From Hypanus sabinus (taxonomy: Eukaryota): a DNA stretch of 64,000 bases. Below the pieces are notes generated by a model, which was not told the origin of the DNA, ran no database searches, and saw nothing but the letters and a program-made list of their open reading frames with translations. The translations under genes were made by a program, and so were the position numbers. Below, one piece after another: positions 1 to 12,449 of the stretch. Each line of letters starts with the position of its first letter. Positions within the stretch are counted from its first letter, which is position 1. The stretch lies in assembly GCF_030144855.1 (NCBI RefSeq), contig NC_082731.1, forward strand, positions 22,072,001 through 22,136,000. The letters run 5' to 3'.

Positions 1-223
1 TCATCACTAAGGTCAAACAGATTTTTGTCAATTCAGCAATTGCCCAGGACTTCTACACAACCAGCTAAGCAGCTCAAGACGCTGCAGCATCTTGCCGTTT
101 TCTCACACAATGCATTTCTACAGTGGTCATGGTTTCGCTCTCCATCGTCTTGCCAAACATGCCTCGGGACCCGTACTATCTGGAGCCTTCCCTCTGGCGC
201 CTGAAGTTGTAAATTTTGCAAAG

Positions 224-262
224 GGTTGTTGCAGTGGTATTCTATAGCTCGGCCTTAATGTG
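224..262 (-). other. 23-bp-spacer recombination signal sequence of V1
   Basis: Heptamer CACATTA (256-262), 23-bp spacer, nonamer GCAACAACC (224-232), directly after TGT GCA ATG ACG CC. Confidence 0.9.
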
Positions 263-705
263 GGCGTCATTGCACAGAAAAATACGGCGGAGTCAGAAAA
301 AAAACAGCATTGGAAATTCTGAGATCAACTGCCGCACTTTGTTTGTCTATTGCAGCCGAAAACCGGTCTGGGCAATCGGAAGATTGCTCTCCACCATTCC
401 CTGTTGCGTATCTCTTCAATAAATATCTCAAAGATTGTCCAGGATATTGCATGTACCAGAACAGCGTGTAGGCAGACTTTTCACGGTAACTGCAGTTCAG
501 CAGCACTGTCTGACCTTCCTGAACCGTCGATACAGCCGGATCTTGGATGATCAAATATTCAGCACTCGCGCCTGGAAGAAAGCAAGAAACGCATGAATAT
601 TTCCCAAGGGAAAAACTTGTCAGAGGAAGCGCACATTCATTATAAACTGGACATACCGGGCAGGACAGACATAATTATTATAGACCAAAATCGGAAAGTC
701 CACAT
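224..705 (-). pseudogene. TRAV/DV: TCR alpha/delta-type V segment V1 (leader 657-705, intron 572-656, V exon 263-571, 23-RSS); frameshifted in a T8 run (pseudogene or assembly error)
   Basis: Leader MWTFRFWSIIIMSVLP-G|gtatgt, 85-bp intron, acceptor ttcttccag. V exon GASAEYLIIQDP...EGQTVLLNCSY...LFWYMQYPGQSLRYLL...PDRFSAAIDK...LRISNAV. The terminal SDSAVFFCAMTP motif is out of frame after 8 T at 297-304 (6 or 9 T would be in frame). Family-level name only. Confidence 0.93.
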
Positions 706-950
706 ATCGTCTACTCTGTGGAGTACTGCAAGAATGTGCTGAATGCAGAATGTGCTGATTTTGCTGTTCTTACTGCTTAACGTAAACGCGCTTGAATTAT
801 AACTTTTATCAGATACGCATGATTGGTTCATACAAAGCGAAAGGGAGGGTAAGAAAATTAAAACGAAGCGATTGGCAGCTTTCGCTGTACGTTCGACAGC
901 AATTGGTCAAACAAGATCAGTATTGTTTTATCTCTGCTTCTTACTATAAG

Positions 951-964
951 CCAATTCCACGTCA
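951..964 (-). promoter_or_regulatory. CRE-like TGACGT next to a CCAAT motif about 250 bp upstream of the V1 ATG
   Basis: Plus strand ccaattccacgtca. CRE-type motifs are known TCR V promoter elements, but a short motif can occur by chance. Confidence 0.3.
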
Positions 965-1559
965 TTAGTGTCAGTAATAGGAAAAAAATGTTACGAAAGA
1001 TACTTATCAGGTCAGTTGGGATCTGTTGAAAATGTAACTGTGTTATCGTGTTAGGTTTGACTCTATTCTCCTTTCCACGGATTTTGCCGAATCTCATGCA
1101 TTTATACCAAAATGCTGGACATAATTTCTCCGCAGCACAAACATTTCGACATAGCATACGTGAATATGCAGTATCGTTGACAAGAATCACAAATGTAGTA
1201 TTGTGAATTCTATCTATATTTTGTCGCTGTTTATTCTCCGCAGAAATGTTCATTGCTGGGTAGAACCAGCAGCTGAATGAACAGGGCCATCATTAACGTC
1301 ACTACGTGCCGTTTTGTATGAAGTGGGCAGCCAGAATTTTCGACCTCATTGTTCTTGCTCTTGTTATTTGTCAGAAAAATTAGTTTTGTACTGTCTTCTT
1401 CTGGGCAGTGGCTTTACAAGTCAGGTGATAACAGCCATTATCAGTCGTATTCCGTTATTTTCTCAATGGTGTCACTGCTCTCACGGCTTCTGATATGCAT
1501 CAGATGCTCATACATCAATTAAGCATCTGCTTGGATGGATTCATAGGGTCCTGATAGGC

Positions 1560-2790
1560 CAGCCAGTTTAACGTTGGTGATTGGGAAAATTCTTGAAACT
1601 ATCATTGAATAAGTAATAGAGAGGAATCCATCAGCCACATGTGGCAAGGTCTCAGCAAAGGCAGATTCTGTTTGACAAACTTACTGGAACTTTGAGGATT
1701 TAACGAACACAGTGGATAGCGGACAACAGGTGGACGATATTTACTTGGATTTCCAGAAGGCGTTCGATAAGGGGCCACGGAAAAAGGCTCACTCATAAGA
1801 TAAGGATGCAAGGAGTTGAGGGTGATTTATTAGTGTAGAAGGTGGATTCGTTAACTGATAGAAAGCAGAGAATTGGTATAAATGGGTTATACTCTGGTTG
1901 GAAATTCGTAGCCACAGGTGTGCCGCAGGGATCGGTGCTTGGCCCACAAACGGTTATGATATACATGAACAATTTGGAAGAAAGTACTGAGTGTACTGAA
2001 GCTAAGATTGTTGATGGCACTACATTGAGCGGAAAGAACAAATTGTGCAGCAGATACGGAGAGCATTCAGAGAATATAGATAGGCTAATTGCATGGGTAC
2101 CCAGATCCCTGAAAGTTGGCTCACAGATAGATAGGCCTATTAAAAAAGCTTATGAGGTGTTATCTTTCATAAGCCGAAGGATAGAGGTTAAGAGACACGA
2201 GGTAATACCGCAGCTCCTTAAGATTCTAGTTAGGCCACACTTGGAGTATTGTGTCCAATTCTGGTCACCGCACTTTAGGAAGGATGTGTAAGCATTGGAA
2301 AGGGTACAGAGGAGAGTTACCAAGATGTTGCCTGGTTTAGAGAGTAAGGATAATGATCAGAGATTAAGAGAGCTAGGGCTTTACACTTTGCATAGAAGGA
2401 GAATGAGGGGAGCCATGATAGAGGTGTACAAAATATTAAGAGGAATAGACAGAATAGAATATAATAGAATAGAATAGAATAGAACAGAATAGACAGGGCA
2501 CCACTTCTCAGTACAAGAGGGGATGGCTTTAAAGTAAGGGGCGGGAAGTTCAAGGGGGATATTAGAGGAAGGTTTTTCTTTCAGAGAATGGTTGGTGCGC
2601 GGAATGCACTGTCTGAGTCCCTGGTGGAGGCAGATACACTACTGGAGTTTAAGAGACTACTGGACAGGTATATGAAGGAATTTAAGGTGAGGGGTTAAAT
2701 GGGAGGCAGGATTTGAGTGTCGACACAACATTGTTTGCCGCAGGGCCGGTGAAGTGCTGGACTATTGTATGTTTTATGTTCTATGATTTA
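1560..2790 (+). mobile_element. CR1 LINE, 5'-truncated (RT and 3' end), degraded
   Basis: VPQGSVLGP and RPHLEYCVQFWSPH motifs in ORF 1842-2291; MERVQRRVTKMLPGL...LYTLHRRRMRG; TTCTATG-type tail near 2770-2790. Confidence 0.9.
2450..2495 (+). repeat. (AGAAT)n microsatellite within the CR1
   Basis: agaatagaatataatagaatagaatagaatagaacagaatag. Confidence 0.9.
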
Positions 2791-2796
2791 TTTGGA

Positions 2797-3105
2797 GATC
2801 ATAGCACATTTGGTTTGAGAATTCGTTGCCAAATCAGCTGCTGGAGATGTTGGCAGGCAGTTAAATAGAAATGTGAAGTCAGGCTGTTCTTGGTGACTGA
2901 CCAAGTTCAAATGCAAATAGTGGGAGCACATCAGAGGGACTGCACTGTTGCCATAATTAATCGTATCCCAGTTATTTTTCTGGCTGGAAAAAATCGTATT
3001 TATTTCATAATAAATATATCCGAACATTACATTTATTCAAGTTCATCGGTTGTGATCTTTAGTGATATGAGGATATGCTCTTCTGATTATTTTGTGTACT
3101 TGTAT
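2797..3105 (-). pseudogene. Possible highly decayed V relic
   Basis: Acceptor tttag|ATACAAGT identical to the V2 exon start; open frame with YE...FTFLF...ADLATNSQTKCAM resembling the V2 YETT and D-x-A-x-Y-Y-C-A motifs. A CR1 tail abuts the expected RSS position. Weak. Confidence 0.25.
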
Positions 3106-3149
3106 CTAAATTATGGCGATGTTATATAGTGTATTTTAGAATATAACAC

Positions 3150-3690
3150 CACTAGAAATAGGAGCAGATATGTTCCATTCGGTCCAATGAGCATGATGCG
3201 CTATTTCATCATGAGGTAATCGACTTATTCCAGTCAATCCCACTCCCCTGACTTCTCCCCAAACCCTTCTATGCCCTGGGTAATCAAGATGGTATGCATT
3301 GCTTTAAATGCACCTAGTGATGGCTTCCACTGCCGCACCTGTAAACAAATTCCACACATTTCCAACCCTCTGACTAATTTAATTTCCCACATCTCTGTTT
3401 TACATAGACTTCCTTAAATCAGGAAGTCTTACCCTCTTGTTCTACACGTACCTACCATTGGAAATAACTTTGCCATATGTAAACTACTAAGGAATTTTAA
3501 CATTTGGGGTGATTCTATGAGATCCGCCGTCATTCACCTGAACTCCTGGGATTATAGCCGAAGAGCTGCCAGTCATTCCTCATACGGTAACGCTTGCATT
3601 CCCGGAATCAGTCTCATGAATCTTCTCTGAACCCTCTCCAATGACAGTATATCCTTTCTAAAATAAGGAGCCCAATACAGCATACAATAC
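3150..3690 (-). mobile_element. CR1 3' fragment
   Basis: Reverse complement of the CR1 3' end (tagaaataggagcag...ccattcggtcc) and of the RT C-terminal region, similar to other CR1 copies in the window. Confidence 0.7.
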
Positions 3691-3749
3691 TCCGCCCCCT
3701 CCACAGTTACACACACCACATCGCTATAAGGTTAATTTCAGCATATATA

Positions 3750-5975
3750 CCGCTCGGTAGGCGCTCCAGAATAATTCTGCAGCAGGTGAAAACCTGGCCA
3801 GCAGGAGCAATCGCTGCTGTTCAGGACTGCTTTGTGCACACCGACTGGCGCATGCCCAGCGAGGCTGCAATCGATTGCGACTCTACTAATTAGAGAAGTA
3901 CATGGCAACTGTGATTTAATACATTAGCAAGTGCATTGATGACATCACTGTGTCCAAGTTCATCACCGCACTTGCGAAAAAACAAGCCAGGAAAAACCGC
4001 GTGAATGACTTGCTGCGCTGCTGAGTACCCGTGACTCCGCCTTCAGAGCAGGCGACAAGACAGCCCTAACAACAGCAATTGCCATACTGTCCAGGGCAAT
4101 CAGAGAGGCAAAGCGTGCACACGCCCAGCGAATCCACAGCCACTTCCAGGAGAGCCGGTACGCGTGGTGCCTATGGAATTGCATTCAGGACATCAACAAC
4201 TACAGGACAAAATCACCTGACTGGGCGGGGGACAGCTCCCTCCCAGATGCGCTGTACAACTTCTTAGCTCATTTTGAGGCGGAAAATCACGTGGCGGCGT
4301 GAAATTCCACCCCTCCTGCAGATGAGCAGGCGATGTGTCTACCCGTGGCCGCTGTAAGAAGAATCCTGTGCATTTTTAACCCACAGAAGGTTGCTGTTCC
4401 AGACAGTATTCCTGGTAGAGTGCTTAGAGGATGTGCGGACCAGCTAGCAGATGCCCTCACTGACGAATACAACATCTCCCCGAGCAGCGCCATCGTTCCA
4501 ACGTGCTAAAGGTCGCCACAATTTTCCCCGTGCCGAACAAGTCTTCAGTGTCCTGCTTCAATGACAAACGTCCCGTTGCAATGACATCCATCATCATTAA
4601 GTGACTCGAGAGGATCGTCATGAAGCACATCAAGACCCAGCTGCCTCCCTCTCTGCAGTTGTACCTTCCCAAACGTTCAACAGATGATGCCATTGCTGTC
4701 ACCCTCCTCTGGCCCAATCCCACCTGGGCAAAAAACATACATTTGTTCGAATGCAGTTCATAGACTTCAGTTCAGCATTCCACATACTGATCCCTTAGAA
4801 ACTGACTGTAAGGCTGAGCCTACTATTCCGGAACACCTCGCTGTGCAACTGGATACTAGACTTTCTGACTGGGAGAACTCAATCAGTCCGGATTGGAGGC
4901 AGCACTGCAACACCATCACTGAGCACGGGGTCCCCCAGGGCTGTGTTCTCAGTCCACTGCTGTTTACTATTGGTAAACCACGACTGTGCTGCAACACAGA
5001 TCTCGAACCACACTAGGAAGTTCATCGATAACAGGACCTGGGTGGATTTCATCAGCAAGAATGAGGAGGCGGTATGCAGAGGGGAGGTGCAGCGTCTAAC
5101 GGAGTGGTGCAGAGCCAGCAACCTACCTCTGAATGTGAACAAAGTCAAATAAACGGTGGTTGACTTCAGGAGGGCACGGAGCAACCGCTCTCCGCTAGAC
5201 ATCGACGGCTCCTCGTTAGAGATCGATAACAGCACAAAAATTCTTGGGTTTCACCTGACGGTGTATCTTGCCTGGTTCCTCAGCACCAGCTCCATAGCAA
5301 AGGAAGCCCAACAGCGTTACTATTTTCAGCAAAGTCAGAGAAAAGTCTATCTCCCACCACTCATTCTTATCACATTTTACAGTGTTGTATTGAGAGCATC
5401 CTGAGCAGCTGCATCACTGCCTGTTTCGGAAATTGCACGATCTCGGACCGCAAGATCCTGCAGCGGATATTGAAGTCAACTGTGAATGTCAATGCGGTCT
5501 CTCTTCCTGCCATTTCAGAAGTTTAGACTGCACGCTGCATCCTCAAAGCAAACAGCATTATGAAGGACCCCGCGCGCCCCTCATACAAACGTTTCTCCTT
5601 CCTGCCCTCTGGGAAAAGACACCGAAGCATTCGGGCTCTCACGACCAGATTTTGTAAGAGTTTCTTCCCCTAAGCCATCAGATTCCTCAATACCCAGTGC
5701 CTGGTCTGTCACCAACTTACTGTTCTCCGCTGTGCTAATTAGATTTGTTAATTATTTATCGTAATGTCTGGCCTTTTTATGTGCACTTTATGCTGTCCTG
5801 GGTAGGTCTGTAGACTAGTCTAGTTTTTTTTTTTACTGCTGTGTAGTTTTTATGCAGTTCAGTGTAGTTTTCGTACTGTTTCATGCAGCACCATGGTCCT
5901 CAAAAAAGTGTCTCGTTTTTACTGTGTACTGTACCTGCAGTTATGGTCGAAATGATAATGAAAAAGTGACTTGAA
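3750..5975 (+). mobile_element. Rex1/Babar-like LINE, degraded RT region and 3' tail
   Basis: [39 protein letters not shown] motifs; tail ataatgaaaaagtgacttga. Confidence 0.8.
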
Positions 5976-5989
5976 TTAACTTATCTTGA

Positions 5990-7200
5990 AGTGTGACCTC
6001 ATTAGTGGCATATAGACCCTCAGCATCACAACATCACATTGTTGCACTTGTATTCTATAACTTTAGAAATAAATCAAAACATTGCAATTGCGTTCTTCAC
6101 CAGAGACTGAATCGACACCAACTCCCACGTCCCTTTACACCTCTGCATTTTGAATTATCTCTCCATCTCAATAATAGTCTGCACATTTTATTTCTTCCAC
6201 CAAAGTGCATTACCATACAATTTCCAACATTGTATTTCATTTACCACTAAGTTGCGCATTCCCCTAAACTATCTATTTCTCTATGTAGATTCTTTGTTTC
6301 ATCAACAAAATCCGCTCCTCCACCCGTCTTTGCATCATCTGCAAATTTCGTCACAAATTCATTTATCCCATTGTCCAATTCATTGACATACGTCGTAAAA
6401 TGCAGCCGTCCCAACACCAACTCCTCTGGTACTTCACTGGTATCCGTCAGCCAGTAAGAATAGGATCTTTGTATTGCCACTATTTTGAAGGTAACCTGAA
6501 GTCTGTGCTTATTCTAATTGAACCATAGGACCACAGAACATTACAGCACAGAAGCAGGCCCTCTTGGCGGTACCGAACAAATTTTCTTCCTACTCCCACT
6601 GATCTGCCCCAGCTGCATATCGCTCCATACATCTCTCATCCATTTACCTGTCCAAGTTCTTCTTAACTATTAAAAGTTAGCCCGTATTTACCACTTCATC
6701 TTTCAGCTCATTCCACACTCCCACAACACTCTTTGTGAAGAAGCCTCCCCCACGGCCTAATGTTTCCTTTAAACTTGTCACCCTTCACCGTGAATCCCTG
6801 TCCTCTGTTGTTATTGTTTTGTTTATCTCTCTCTCCTAGCCTCTAAGTAAAAAAAGAGCCTTCTTGTATTCACTCTGTCTATATCCATCATAATTCTATA
6901 TACCTTTATCAAATCACCTCTCATTCTTCTACGCTCCAGGGAATAAATTCCTAAACTATTCAATCTTTCTCTGTAAACTAGTTTCTCAATTCCCGGCAAC
7001 ATCCTCTTAAGACTTTTCTGCCTTCTGACAACTTTATTAATATATAGTAATGCAATTTGTAATTTACATGATTTGTACATTACAAATAATTTCTTGAACA
7101 AAACTGCACACAATACTCCATATTCGGCATCATCAATGTCTTACAGCTCCTCACCATAACATTCCAACTCTTATACTTTAATTTATACAGGCCAATGTAA
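5990..7200 (-). mobile_element. CR1 fragments
   Basis: Minus-strand LVLGRLHFTTYVNELD...TKFADDAK and RMLPGIEKL...LGIYSLERRRMRGDLIKVY. Confidence 0.8.
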
Positions 7201-7209
7201 CGGAAGTCC

Positions 7210-8345
7210 CTTTTTTATTAATTTATTTATTAAATTTTAGAAATTACAAAGTATAAATGTAATAGTAAGATAGTAAGAAAGATAATATTAACCCTCCCCC
7301 CTCCCCTTAACCCCTATCTAAAGAAAAAAAAAATGAAAGAACAGAAAGTTTGCCTGGATATCGCAGGATCCCCACATGCTCCATGGAGTTCAAAATAATT
7401 TTGATATTCATTTTTTTACTTTCCCCAATTACTATAGTTTTATCTTCAAAGGACCTATGTATTTAATCCTATCCTTTGTAATTTTGGGAGCCAAATTTTC
7501 AAAAAATTATCATATTCATTTCTTACATTATATGTATTTGTTTCAAATTGAATACAAATATGTATTTCATTATTCCAACGATCCATACTTAAATATAAGT
7601 CAGTTTTCCAACTAACTGCGATAACTTTTTTGGCTACTGCCAATGTAATTTTTATAATTTTTTTCTGATACTTGTCCAGTTTAAGTTTCGTTATTTTCCT
7701 TTCAATGTCTCCTTATAAAAATAATACTGGTCTATGTGGAAGTTGTACTCCAGTAATTTGTTCCAGTAAAAGTCTTAAATTTATCCAAAATGGTTGAATT
7801 TTAAAACAAGACCAAGTAGAATGTAATAAGGTACCAATTTCTTGGTTACATCTAAAACATTGGTCAGACATATTTAAATTTAATCTATTTATTTTCTGTA
7901 GTGTTATATATAATTGATGTAAAAATTATATTTTATTAATCTAAGTAGAACATTTATTGTATTTCTCATACTATCAAAACATTATCTTGAGCAGTTTTTC
8001 CCATCAATGTTAAAATTCAAATCAGATTCCCATTTTTGTCTTGATTTATGAATTCCTAATTTAATTATTTGCTTTTGAATCAAATTACACGTACAAGATG
8101 CATTTTTTTCAATTCTTCCGTTCTGAGTCAATATTTCTATTTCACTACGTTTTGGCATCACCATTGTTTGTCCCATCTTTTCTCGTAAATAGGCTCTTAA
8201 CTGAAAATAACAGAAAAAGACTGCTACTTGATAGTTTATATTTATTTTTTAATTGATCAAACGACATCCATATACCTCCTTCAAAACAATCACCTATATA
8301 TTTAATCCCCTTTTGGAACCAATTATGTAAAAGTTTATTGTCCAT
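7210..8345 (-). mobile_element. L1/Tx1-like LINE ORF2 3' fragment with A-rich tail
   Basis: W.QKGIKYIGD...SFDQLKNKY; zinc-knuckle-like CFRCNQEIGTLLHSTWSC; MAVAKKVIAVSWK...W; AT-rich tail at the low-coordinate end. Confidence 0.75.
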
Positions 8346-8349
8346 TGTA

Positions 8350-9920
8350 AAAGGAATAAGCCTTTCAAAGCTCTCTTTAAGACCCTATCTGCCTGTGAGG
8401 CCATTTCATAGGGAATTCTGTATCTGCATTACCAGATCCCTCTGTTCCACTGCACTCCTCAGTTCCCGAATATTTGCTTTGTATGTTCTATCTTGGTTTG
8501 TCCTCCCAAATTGCAGTATCTCACACTTGTCTGTATTAAACTCCATCAACCATTTCTGATCCCATTTTTCCAGCTGTTCCTAATCTTTCTGCAAACTTTG
8601 AAAACCTTGCTCACTGTCCACCACACCTTCAAACCTTGTATCATCAACATATTTTCTGATCCAATTTACCACTTTAAATCCAGATCACCTTTGATATAAA
8701 TGCCAGATAATAATGGACCCAGCACTGATCCCTGTGGCGTATAATTAGATACAGGCCTTCCCTCAAAGCATTCTATTCTTAACCGCACTGGCACATAGCA
8801 CAGGTAATAATCCTGAAATTACCAGCCTCGAGATCCTATTCATTACAAGTTCTCAAAATCAGTTTTCAGGCCCTCCTCACTCCTTCTTTCAACGTCATCG
8901 GTACCGATGAGTACCCTGACATCTGGCTGATCACTCTGTAACATTAGAATGTTGCGCTCGCGATCAGAGACATTACCGACCCTGACACAAGGGAGGCACC
9001 AAACCATCCGGGAGTCTCAGTTATGACCACAAAAGCCCCTGTCTGTACATCTAACTATCGAGTCCCCTATCACCACCGTTTTCCTCTTCTTCCACCCTCC
9101 CTTCTGCACTGCAGAACAATACTCAGTGCCAGAGATCCGCAGCTCCCCCAGTTCAGTCATCCCTCACAACAATATCGAGATTGGCATCCTTGTTGTTGAG
9201 GTGAATGTCCACAGGGGAACCCTGTTCATCCTGTCCGTTCCCTATAGCTTGACTGACAGTAGCTCAAGTACCTGGGCGCTGCTTCTTTGTCGTAGCTACC
9301 TCCCTGAAACTATTATCCATAAGCTCCTCATTCACCCGAATGTTCTGGAATTCATACAGCTCCTGCTCTAGTTCCATACGTGGTTTGTTAGGTTCTGCAG
9401 CTGGATGCACTTCCTGCAGGTATCGTTGTCTGCGACACCGGTGGTCTCCTGACATCCCACATCCTGCAAGTGAAGTATTACGACATCCTGCCTGGACCAC
9501 TCTACTCTAAAGAAACAAAACCAAGCTTGCCGGAACCTAACCTCGCCTCTGCCTGTTCACGCGGACGCCTGTGAGCCAAAGCTCCCTCTCACTCCGCTGA
9601 ACGCTATCAACGCTGTCCACAGTATATCGTGGTCATTTCTTTTTATTTTGACGCACTAGGCCACGGGCCTGTGCACTCTATCCTCTTTTCCCAAAGCAAG
9701 CAAAAAACTGACTCCTCTCCGAGATTCCTTTACTCATTCACACTCAGCCGCTTCCTTCGATTTAAAAGACCGTGGAAAAATTCGACTCCTTTTTCGCCAT
9801 TTGGCGCCCCTCGTCATGCGCCTGCTCAGTCTAGTCTATTCGGGCCGTGAGGGTGAAAAAAAGACTTCTCTCCGAGATTCCGTTACTCATTCATTCTCAG
9901 CTTCTTGCTTCGATTTGGTG
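8350..9920 (-). mobile_element. CR1 RT fragment plus ORF1/5' UTR region
   Basis: Minus-strand ORF1-like CGM...CRKCIQLQ-L...MELEQEL (9264-9500) and an esterase-like segment. About 55-bp imperfect direct repeat at 9706-9763 and 9860-9916 in the putative 5' UTR. Confidence 0.65.
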
Positions 9921-10285
9921 CATTGCGTCTGTTTTACGGCACCACTCAGTATGTGAAGCTTCCTTATTCACTAAGCTGCCTCCAGATTCAAAACGGAGGG
10001 ACAATCATGGCAGGTTTTCGTTACACAATATATGCTGAAGATAACGTATCAACAAAACTTCAACAAATCTCTCATCGCACAAGGAAAATATCCTTGCGTT
10101 CTGGATGACGGGGTTTATTCAGCCAGTCCTTGGAAATTACTGTAAGGTTTAAAGGGGAGTACATAGATTTTATACGAAGCTTCTTTAGGATATTAGTAAG
10201 CGTACGTATTTCACCATCAACACTTTAAACCGGTTCACTCTTTCATCTGTAATAGGCAACACGCATCCTCTCTCTCTCTCAATTT

Positions 10286-10496
10286 NNNNNNNNNNNNNNN
10301 NNNNNNNNNNNNNNNNNNNNNNNNNNNNNNNNNNNNNNNNNNNNNNNNNNNNNNNNNNNNNNNNNNNNNNNNNNNNNNNNNNNNNNNNNNNNNNNNNNNN
10401 NNNNNNNNNNNNNNNNNNNNNNNNNNNNNNNNNNNNNNNNNNNNNNNNNNNNNNNNNNNNNNNNNNNNNNNNNNNNNNNNNNNNNNNNNNNNNNNN
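10286..10496. other. Assembly gap
   Basis: N run. Confidence 1.
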
Positions 10497-10940
10497 AATT
10501 TTTATCCTAGAGAGTAGAGTTCTGAAGTGTCGTGATAAGTAATTGGTCGCAATAGTTGTAACTGTCTGTCACGGTCCCTTCTGGCACCTGGCAATTTTCT
10601 TCAGGAATTGGAGCTCATTCACCTGGTTTAGGTCCCAATCATTCCGAGGTTCGACTAACTGCAAAGAACTGCTTTCCATCAGCAAATGCAATATAAAAAT
10701 CCTATGACCACAACAAGGAGCTGCCAGTTCGTTGGTCGACTTTTGTACGAACAAACTCTTTACATAGATCTTCGGAATATCAATTCTAAGTCTAACATTT
10801 TCCTGAATTCTGTACGAAAAAACAAGACTCGTGGTGAAGATTCCGTTGGCACCAATTCCGCGCCTGTGTTCAGCAGTTGGTCGTTCCCCCGCCACGTCCT
10901 GGTAACAGAACGATTTGGTCAGGTTGAACCCAGCTGTCAT

Positions 10941-11032
10941 TGATCGAAGGGTCTCGGCTCGAAACGTCGACCGTCCTTCTCCCTCTATATGCTGTCTGGA
11001 CTGCTGTGTTCCGCTAGCATTTTGTGTGTGTC
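10941..11032 (+). mobile_element. Penelope-like element 3' tail fragment
   Basis: tgatcgaagggtctcggctcgaaacgtcgac...gcattttgtgtgtg resembles the reverse-strand tail of the Penelope copy at about 39960-40130. Confidence 0.7.
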
Positions 11033-12449
11033 ACAATAATTTATATTTCTATTTGTTACTTACCGAGGTGATATTGCGTTGAAAACATTCCTCAGAGGCG
11101 CAGCTCACAATAATGGTGTTTGCCCTATATTTTATATCTTTGCAGAATGTCGTAATTTGTTTCTTGCAATTGTATCAATTTTGCCCATTCATGTATATGA
11201 ATACTCAATCAAAATCACACTCTGTGTATTCCTGACCCTCAAACTAAATCATTCTCCGTATTTAATCCATCTAGATTATGCTCTTATAGTTTATTTTAAC
11301 TATATAATCATTATTTCCTCCTAAATGTCACCAATATTTATTGGCAAGTTTACTTCCGAGTGTGTTCCAACACGACATTTGAAGGAAGATTACCTGGGAG
11401 AAATTCTGACGAACTCAAAATTCCAATTTCTAAGCAGACATGCTCTTGTTGGAGAAGCCTACACTGACAGCCTGCACTAAATGCTGCATCAAGTGTTTTG
11501 GGAAGGAATTTTTGTCCTTACCTTCCTCTCAGTGAGTTTGTGAATGGTTTTTGCCAGTTTGATGATTATTTTGGATCATTTGACTCGTTTCGCTAATATC
11601 CACCGTTTCTACATGTGCGTAGACTCCATCAGGCCCGCAGAACTAATTCTGCAAAGTCCATTCTGTCACCTTCAATATCTGTGTTTTTGACATATTCTAT
11701 AGATGTGTTCCAGTCATAATTTCTATAACGATCTTCTTACCTCTGGATGACACATTATACCCCTCCAAATAGCCATTGAAGAATACGCATTCCATTGCAA
11801 TAAATCCATATTCCTGTTGCCATTTGCTGTTGTGAAGCAGACAAAAAAGTATTAAACACCACTGTGTTACGTTTACCGAAGTGACTATATTCCCGACACG
11901 AATAACTCGCATAATGGCCCAGTTGATGGTATCTAACTTTTACGTTATAGTAAAGCTCTCTCCATTTCAGCTTCCTTCGGTTTCTTTTCTTCCCATCACT
12001 TGCTCACATTCCAGCTCATTTATATATTTTCAATAATCCGACATATACACATGTTTCCAGTTAAACAATAATGAATTGAAGGGATGTGGCTAAAAAAGTA
12101 CACATATTAAACGTGAAATGAAGGTGCAGAGACCAGGAAGATAGGGAGAGATATTTTGACATAAATCAATGTGAAATGCGTTAAGATAAAGTCCGAGACA
12201 GAGCCTTTCAGTTGGATTCACAGCCGGTAGAGATCCAAGTTGCTGTTGTCTGACAGCTGTACAGCTAGCGCATGTGTAAGGAGCACTGTTCGAAACGATT
12301 GAGGAGACATCATTGTCTGGAGAACGGAATAATTACCGTTGAGCCCGTATGAACGCCCAAGACATGTAGGTAATTTAAATCATAACACACTGTATGTAAT
12401 TTTAGTTATTTTGATTCTTCTGTCTGTATATTGCAACTGCGATGCTCAT

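Noticed and set aside
10569-10940. 123-aa minus ORF beginning GFNLTKSFCYQ
   Set aside because: No ordered set of Ig motifs; truncated by a Penelope tail; no identifiable homology.
11546-11584. Nonamer-like GGTTTTTGC
   Set aside because: No heptamer at 12 or 23 bp; lies within a CR1 fragment.
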